From Bacillota bacterium (lineage in GTDB: Bacteria; Bacillota; DTU030), in assembly GCA_012842325.1 (NCBI GenBank), contig DUTA01000073.1, positions 1 to 38,713 on the forward strand: a DNA stretch of 38,713 nt, read 5' to 3'. The notes under the pieces were generated by a model. It had not been told where the DNA came from and searched no databases. It worked only from the letters and a program-made list of their open reading frames with translations. Below, in pieces: positions 34,132 through 38,713 of the stretch. Every line of letters starts with the position of its first letter. Position 1 is the first letter of the stretch. A program made the translations under genes and the position numbers.

Positions 34132-34611
34132 TTATTTCTCTTCTTCTCCTTCTACTACCTCATCATCTTCCTCTTCTTCGTCATCGAAATCTTCAAAAAC
34201 TAAATAGTCCTCGTCGTCATCATCATCTTCTTCAGTGCTAAACACTACGGTGCCACAATTGGGACAGGTAATCTCGATCTCGGTCCCGTCTTCATCGAGG
34301 ACATCTTCCTCAAAATACACCTTTTCCCCACATTGGGGGCACTCAACTTCTATATAGTCATCCTCCTCGTCCTCATCATATTCCCCATCGTCGTAATAAT
34401 CATCCTCCAGTTCACCCAGGCTTTCATCCACAGCGCTCACATACTCCTCCAGCTCCTGATAGTCCTCGGAAAGCTGTTCCAATTCATCGACCATTTCGCT
34501 TAAGACGGCCAGGATCTCTCCCAGGATGCGGCCTTCTCCCGTTTCTTGCTTTAATTCAAGGCCTTCAGCCAGTCCCTGGAGGTAGGCAATCCTCTCCTTC
34601 AGTTCCCGCAT
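34132..34611 (-). CDS. Highly acidic coiled-coil plus zinc-ribbon protein (CD1247 N-terminal-domain family, uncharacterised)
   Basis: Trimmed to the ATG at 34611 (GGAAAGGAGG 8 nt upstream). It has two CxxC pairs (CPQCGEKVYF...CPNCGTVVF). By my count, 67 of its 159 residues are Asp or Glu. Confidence 0.6.
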   Translation of the reverse strand: MRELKERIAYLQGLAEGLELKQETGEGRILGEILAVLSEMVDELEQLSEDYQELEEYVSAVDESLGELEDDYYDDGEYDEDEEDDYIEVECPQCGEKVYFEEDVLDEDGTEIEITCPNCGTVVFSTEEDDDDDEDYLVFEDFDDEEEEDDEVVEGEEEK

Positions 34612-34680
34612 GTGACACGCCTCCTTTCCTTGCTTTACCAATACTCAGTCATAGTATATCACAGAAAGGGAGAAATAACA

Positions 34681-35238
34681 CTAGACCCTTTCGATATATT
34701 CTCCCGAACGGGTATCGATCTTGATCACATCCCCTTCCTCAACAAAGAGGGGAACCTGGACTTCCGCCCCCGTTTCCAGCACAGCCCTTTTGGTAGCCCC
34801 GGACACGGTATCGCCCTTGACGCCGGGATCCGTTTTGACGACGGCCAGCTCCACAAAATTGGGCAGCTCGATCCCGATGGTGGTCCCCTTATGTAAGAGC
34901 ACACTGATCATCATGCCTTCCTTCAGGAACTGGACGGCTTCACCCAGTTGCTCCGCGGAGAAATTGAGCTGCTCATAGTTTTCTGTATCCATAAAGGTAA
35001 ACTGATCCCCCGCCCTGTACAGGTATTGCATCTCCCGCTTGTCGAGATGGGCACGGTTTACCTTTTCCCCAGCCCGGAAGGTCTTTTCCACCGTCGCACC
35101 GGTCCTTACATTTTTCAGCTTGCTGCGGACAAAGGCCGCCCCCTTACCCGGCTTTACATGCATAAAATCAATTACCGTGTATACCTCGCCATCCAATTCA
35201 ATGGTCAAGCCAGTGCGAAAATCATTGGTTGAAATCAT
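34681..35238 (-). CDS. efp: Translation elongation factor P
   Basis: Trimmed to the ATG at 35238 (GGAGGTG upstream). [47 protein letters not shown]. 185 aa. Confidence 0.95.
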   Translation of the reverse strand: MISTNDFRTGLTIELDGEVYTVIDFMHVKPGKGAAFVRSKLKNVRTGATVEKTFRAGEKVNRAHLDKREMQYLYRAGDQFTFMDTENYEQLNFSAEQLGEAVQFLKEGMMISVLLHKGTTIGIELPNFVELAVVKTDPGVKGDTVSGATKRAVLETGAEVQVPLFVEEGDVIKIDTRSGEYIERV

Positions 35239-35339
35239 CTGGGCACCTCCTTTGGAAAAGTAAGCTACCAGAGACAGGCTTCCGACTCTGCCCTTGCTCT
35301 TCAGGGACGGCTCCAGGGACCAAAGGGCCGGCACGACCG

Positions 35340-36410
35340 CTATCCTGCCTGGACCAGTTCCCGGTGCGATTGGTTGAGAACCTCACAACCCCTTTCGGTG
35401 ACGACAACCAGGTCCTCGATCCGCACTCCGCCCCAGCCCGGCAGATAGATCCCCGGCTCAATGGTAAGGACCATGCCCGGTAGCAGGACCGTGTCGGCAC
35501 CCGGTGTCAAATGGGGTTCTTCGTGGATGCAGAGGCCCACACCGTGTCCGGTACCGTGGCCAAAGTAGTCGCCATAGCCGTGGTCAACAATTATTTTGCG
35601 CGCCGCGGCGTCAACCTCACCGGCGGTGCGCCCGGGAGCAACGGCGGCTATCGCCGCCGCTTGCGCCTCCTGAACAATCCGGTACACCTTCACTTGCTCC
35701 GGCGTTGGCTTCCCCAGAACAACGGTCCGGGTAAAATCGGAATGATAACCGTCCACCACCGTCCCATAATCCATAATAACAAATTCTCCCTCCTGGAGCA
35801 ACTTGTTGCTGGCAACCCCATGGGGCAAAGCGGCACGGGGGCCCGAAGCAACTATGAAAGCAAAACTTGCTCCTGTTCCCCCGTGCCGGCGGGCAAATAG
35901 CTCCAATTCCAGGGCTATTTCCCGTTCCGGCAGGCCGGGTTTTAAAAAGGACAGGATGTGGGCAAAGGCCCGGTCATCCAACTGGGCTGCCCTTTTAATG
36001 GCCGCAAGCTCTGCATCGTCCTTCTGCCGCCGCAGGGCCTCAACATGGCCGGCACAGGGAACCCACTGGACCTCCCTGGTCTTCTCCACCAGGTTGCGGT
36101 AATCCCGGTAGGATAAATAGTCCTCTTCAAAGCCCACCCGCCGCAGGCCATATTCCGCAAGGAGCGGGGCCAGGGTGGCGGTGAAAGGCCGCCGGGAGCG
36201 CACAATTTCCCATCCCACTGCCTCCTGGCCGGCCTGTTCCAGGTAACGAAAATCGGTACAGAGGAAGGATTTCTCCCGGGTGACCAGGAGCCAGCCCTCC
36301 GAGCCGGTGAAGCCGCTTAAATACCTGCGATTTGCTCCATGGCCGACGAGGAACCCATCCAGCTCTAAAGCCGACAATCTCTCCCTGAGTTTTTCCACCC
36401 GCGCCAGCAT
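35340..36410 (-). CDS. M24-family Xaa-Pro aminopeptidase/dipeptidase (YqhT-like)
   Basis: Creatinase-like N-terminal domain plus the M24 metal ligands ([12 protein letters not shown]...GHGTGHGVG...EPG...RIED). Confidence 0.85.
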   Translation of the reverse strand: MLARVEKLRERLSALELDGFLVGHGANRRYLSGFTGSEGWLLVTREKSFLCTDFRYLEQAGQEAVGWEIVRSRRPFTATLAPLLAEYGLRRVGFEEDYLSYRDYRNLVEKTREVQWVPCAGHVEALRRQKDDAELAAIKRAAQLDDRAFAHILSFLKPGLPEREIALELELFARRHGGTGASFAFIVASGPRAALPHGVASNKLLQEGEFVIMDYGTVVDGYHSDFTRTVVLGKPTPEQVKVYRIVQEAQAAAIAAVAPGRTAGEVDAAARKIIVDHGYGDYFGHGTGHGVGLCIHEEPHLTPGADTVLLPGMVLTIEPGIYLPGWGGVRIEDLVVVTERGCEVLNQSHRELVQAG

Positions 36411-36484
36411 GACTTCACCTCTCCCACCAGTTACTGAACCCCCGCTGGCCGGGGGTGTTTATTCCACCTTCCCGGCCGGGAGCT

Positions 36485-37822
36485 TTACTCGCCGCTTACC
36501 GCTATGGGCTTGAAGCGCAGGGTCGGGGAACCGTAGCCGAGATAAAACCGCAGATCGTTGCCTATGGCCTCGACACCCTGGAAAAGTTCCAGGATATTGG
36601 ATGCGACAGCCACGCCCCGGACAGGATAGGCAAGTTCCCCCTTTTCAATCCACAGGCCGGCGGCGCCGACGGAAAAATCCCCGGAAATGGGATTGGCTGT
36701 ATGCATGCCCAGGACTTCGGTAATGTAAAAACCCTGGGAAATATCCCGGAGTAATTCCTCCTTGCTGGCCCGGCCGGGCTGCAAGAAAATATTGCTGGGA
36801 CCGACTTCCGGTGTGCCCTTGTAGGAGGGCCGGGAAGCGTTGCCGGTAGATTTGGTACCGTCCTTGGCTGCGGAATAGGTGTTGTGGAGGTAACTCCGGA
36901 GGACCCCTGCCTCAATCAGCACCGTTTTCCCCGAGGGAACCCCTTCCCCGTCGACGGGACTGGAATTGATGCCTCCCGGTAAAGCACCGTCATCGATGAG
37001 GGTTACATCCCCGGCTGCCACCACTTTCCCCAGCTTCCCTGCCAGAAGGGAACGCCCCTTCTGCACGGCCTCCCCGCTCAGGGCCGGCACCAGTACCCCG
37101 AGGAACTGGGTTGCCACCCGGGGGGGCATCACAATGGGAACCCTCTGGGTGGGTACCTTCCTGGCCCCCAGCATCGAGACTGCCTCTTCCCCGGCTTCTC
37201 TGCCAATGGCCCGGGGATCCAGGTCGGCAAAATTCAAGACATAATCCATGCCAGAGCCGGTCTGGGTATCGCCATTTTCCTCGGCCACCACCGACACATA
37301 GCCGCCGCAGAAGGAACCCCGGTAACTGACATCGACTCCCCGGGAGTTGACGATAGTAACCTGGTAAAGGGTGTCTTCATAAGCGGCCTGCTCCGAGCGG
37401 ACGACCCGCCGGTCATAGCTGAAAGCCGCATCCTCAATGGCCAGGGCCAGTTCGATTTTTTTATCAACTGGTGTTTTTTCGAGCAGGGGATCATAAATTG
37501 CGACTTTCGGCAGCTTTTCTACAGGCTCCGGGAGAAGATTGCACTCATCGGCGGCCGTCCTGCCGGCATTGGCAATGGCCTGGGCAAGGGTCTCGGCAAC
37601 GGGGGCGGTATCCAGTTGGGAAGTATAGGCATAGCCCATCCGCCCCTCGATTATGACCCGGATTCCCAGCCCCACTTCCTGCGCCTGTTTTATTGATTCC
37701 ACCTTCCCGTGGCGCACCTGGACACTGAAGGACTTATGTTTCAGTAAAAAAGCCTCTATTAAATCTGCCCCTTGCTCTTGCCCCTTAGTTATAACCCAGT
37801 GGGCAAGTTCCCGTTCCTTCAT
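36485..37822 (-). CDS. pmbA: PmbA/TldE metalloprotease-modulator family protein
   Basis: TldD/PmbA-fold protein of about 445 aa, immediately downstream of tldD. The ATG at 37822 has AAGGAGG 7 nt upstream; the ORF-track start at 37825 is the preceding GTG. Confidence 0.85.
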   Translation of the reverse strand: MKERELAHWVITKGQEQGADLIEAFLLKHKSFSVQVRHGKVESIKQAQEVGLGIRVIIEGRMGYAYTSQLDTAPVAETLAQAIANAGRTAADECNLLPEPVEKLPKVAIYDPLLEKTPVDKKIELALAIEDAAFSYDRRVVRSEQAAYEDTLYQVTIVNSRGVDVSYRGSFCGGYVSVVAEENGDTQTGSGMDYVLNFADLDPRAIGREAGEEAVSMLGARKVPTQRVPIVMPPRVATQFLGVLVPALSGEAVQKGRSLLAGKLGKVVAAGDVTLIDDGALPGGINSSPVDGEGVPSGKTVLIEAGVLRSYLHNTYSAAKDGTKSTGNASRPSYKGTPEVGPSNIFLQPGRASKEELLRDISQGFYITEVLGMHTANPISGDFSVGAAGLWIEKGELAYPVRGVAVASNILELFQGVEAIGNDLRFYLGYGSPTLRFKPIAVSGE

Positions 37823-37869
37823 CACAAAGCCTCCTTATTGCATCAAGTTCCCAGCCACAAATGAAAGTA

Positions 37870-38713
37870 TTACCCCGTTCCCCCGACAATGAGCTGTTTG
37901 ATCAGGATCGTTGGTTGGGCATCGGAGACCGGGACACCCTGTCCATCCTTGCCGCAGGTGCCAATGCCAAAGCCCAGGTCATTCCCGACCAGTTCTATTT
38001 GCTGCAGTGCCTCCGGGCCATTGCCCGTCAGGGTGGCACCCCGCACCGGGACAGTGACTTTACCCTTTTCAATGAGATAGGCTTCCATAACATCGAAGAC
38101 AAAGTCCCCGGTGGTGGTATTTACCTGGCCGCCGCCCATCTTTTTCACCAGGAGTCCCCTGGGGACCCGGGCAATGATTTCCTCCGGGTCCGTTTCCCCG
38201 GGGGCAATATAGGTATTGGTCATGCGGGGGATAGGACGATGGGCAAAGGATTGCCGCCTGCCGTTACCCGTCAGGGAGTGACCGTCCCTGGCGGCGGTAA
38301 GGCGGTCGTACATATAGGACCGGAGGATGCCATTTTCAATCAGAATATTCCGCTGGGAGGGAGTCCCTTCATCGTCGAAGCGGAAGGAGCCATACCTGTT
38401 GGGCAGGGTGCCGTCGTCGATCACGGTAACGATCTCGGCGGCTACCTTTTCTCCCAGCTTGCCGGCATAGACGGAGAGTTCCTTTTGGGCCAGATCGGCC
38501 TCCAGGCCATGGCCGCAGGCTTCGTGGACCATTGTGCCTCCAGCCTCCGCTGCCATAACGACGGGCATACGCCCCGCCGGGGCCGGCCTGGCCGACAGCA
38601 TCTGGACAGCCTGCCTGGCCGCCCGCTCGGCCAGAAGCTCCGCTTTCTCTCCTGCCAGGAGTTCGAAGCCTGCTAAACCACCTATGGCTTCATAACCGGT
38701 CTGGATTATCCCC
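37870..38713 (-). CDS. tldD: TldD metalloprotease (C-terminal part; gene continues past the right edge)
   Basis: My translation shows the frame upstream of the ORF-track Met (38601) stays open to nt 38712. It contains the HExxxH-type motif (VHEACGHGLE) and the GxC motif (GIGTCGKDGQ). Confidence 0.85.
   Translation of the reverse strand, partial: GIIQTGYEAIGGLAGFELLAGEKAELLAERAARQAVQMLSARPAPAGRMPVVMAAEAGGTMVHEACGHGLEADLAQKELSVYAGKLGEKVAAEIVTVIDDGTLPNRYGSFRFDDEGTPSQRNILIENGILRSYMYDRLTAARDGHSLTGNGRRQSFAHRPIPRMTNTYIAPGETDPEEIIARVPRGLLVKKMGGGQVNTTTGDFVFDVMEAYLIEKGKVTVPVRGATLTGNGPEALQQIELVGNDLGFGIGTCGKDGQGVPVSDAQPTILIKQLIVGGTG

Noticed and set aside
764-35334. N-terminal extensions in the ORF track (nudF, OFOR alpha, P-loop, ptb, xseA, asp23, DUF212, spoIIIAA/AB/AC, acidic zinc-ribbon gene, efp)
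   Set aside because: The extended parts overlap the upstream gene or the intergenic promoter and terminator, lack RBSs, and add sequence not seen in the families. Internal ATG, GTG or TTG codons with well-spaced GGAGG-type sites give canonical N-termini.
36439-36455. Hairpin CCCCCG-GCCAG-CGGGGG between pmbA and the Xaa-Pro peptidase gene
   Set aside because: There is no T-tract after the stem (TTCAGTAACTGG follows), and the downstream gene starts 29 nt later with a good RBS. It is probably not a terminator.
1-38713. Search for CRISPR arrays, transposase or integrase genes, long terminal or direct repeats, toxin-antitoxin pairs, defence genes, tRNA and rRNA
   Set aside because: None found. 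Every sizeable ORF on the coding strand has a housekeeping, sporulation or envelope assignment, and composition is uniform apart from A+T-rich promoter spacers.

Overview
All credible genes in this 38.7-kb window lie on the minus strand. The content is a core housekeeping and sporulation block from a moderately GC-rich endospore-forming Firmicute (Clostridia-like); I cannot name the species. Reading the minus strand from right to left: tldD (partial) and pmbA; an Xaa-Pro peptidase; efp; a very acidic zinc-ribbon protein; spoIIIAA to spoIIIAH; asp23, amaP and a DUF2273 gene; nusB; xseA, xseB and ispA; a DUF212/PAP2-like gene; a roughly 0.6-kb structured non-coding RNA; a membrane protein; dxs; tlyA; nadK; argR; recN; spoIVB; spo0A; steA, a DUF3186 gene, a GT2 gene and a GT4 gene; a sigma-54 activator; ptb and buk; a P-loop NTPase; a four-subunit 2-oxoacid:ferredoxin oxidoreductase; a DUF3866 gene; nudF; and an endonuclease Q-like gene (partial). 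This order matches the known Bacillus subtilis yqh/yqi region (efp to spoIIIA to nusB to xseAB to dxs to recN to spoIVB to spo0A to bkd). The most notable feature is a gap of about 700 nt with no credible ORF between the DUF212 gene and the membrane-protein gene. It folds into many nested helices closed by an 11-bp terminal helix. Together with the ispA and dxs context, I interpret it as an OLE-class RNA followed by its partner gene oapA. That system is already described but its function is poorly understood. Other points worth a second look are: (1) the spoIVB frame has no stop codon before its own terminator-like hairpin and runs through the spo0A promoter into spo0A; (2) a sigma-54 (-24/-12) promoter and a composite palindrome sit upstream of a ferredoxin-dependent, bkd-like operon that contains an uncharacterised P-loop NTPase; (3) a tightly coupled steA/DUF3186/GT2/GT4 module sits next to spo0A; (4) several genes use non-ATG starts, including two TTGA start/stop overlaps. 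I found no CRISPR array, mobile element, rRNA or tRNA, and no recognisable defence island. I cannot honestly claim a wholly new system here. Many ORF-track entries are N-terminally over-extended or are antisense shadow ORFs typical of GC-rich DNA; I re-assigned starts using start codons and Shine-Dalgarno spacing.
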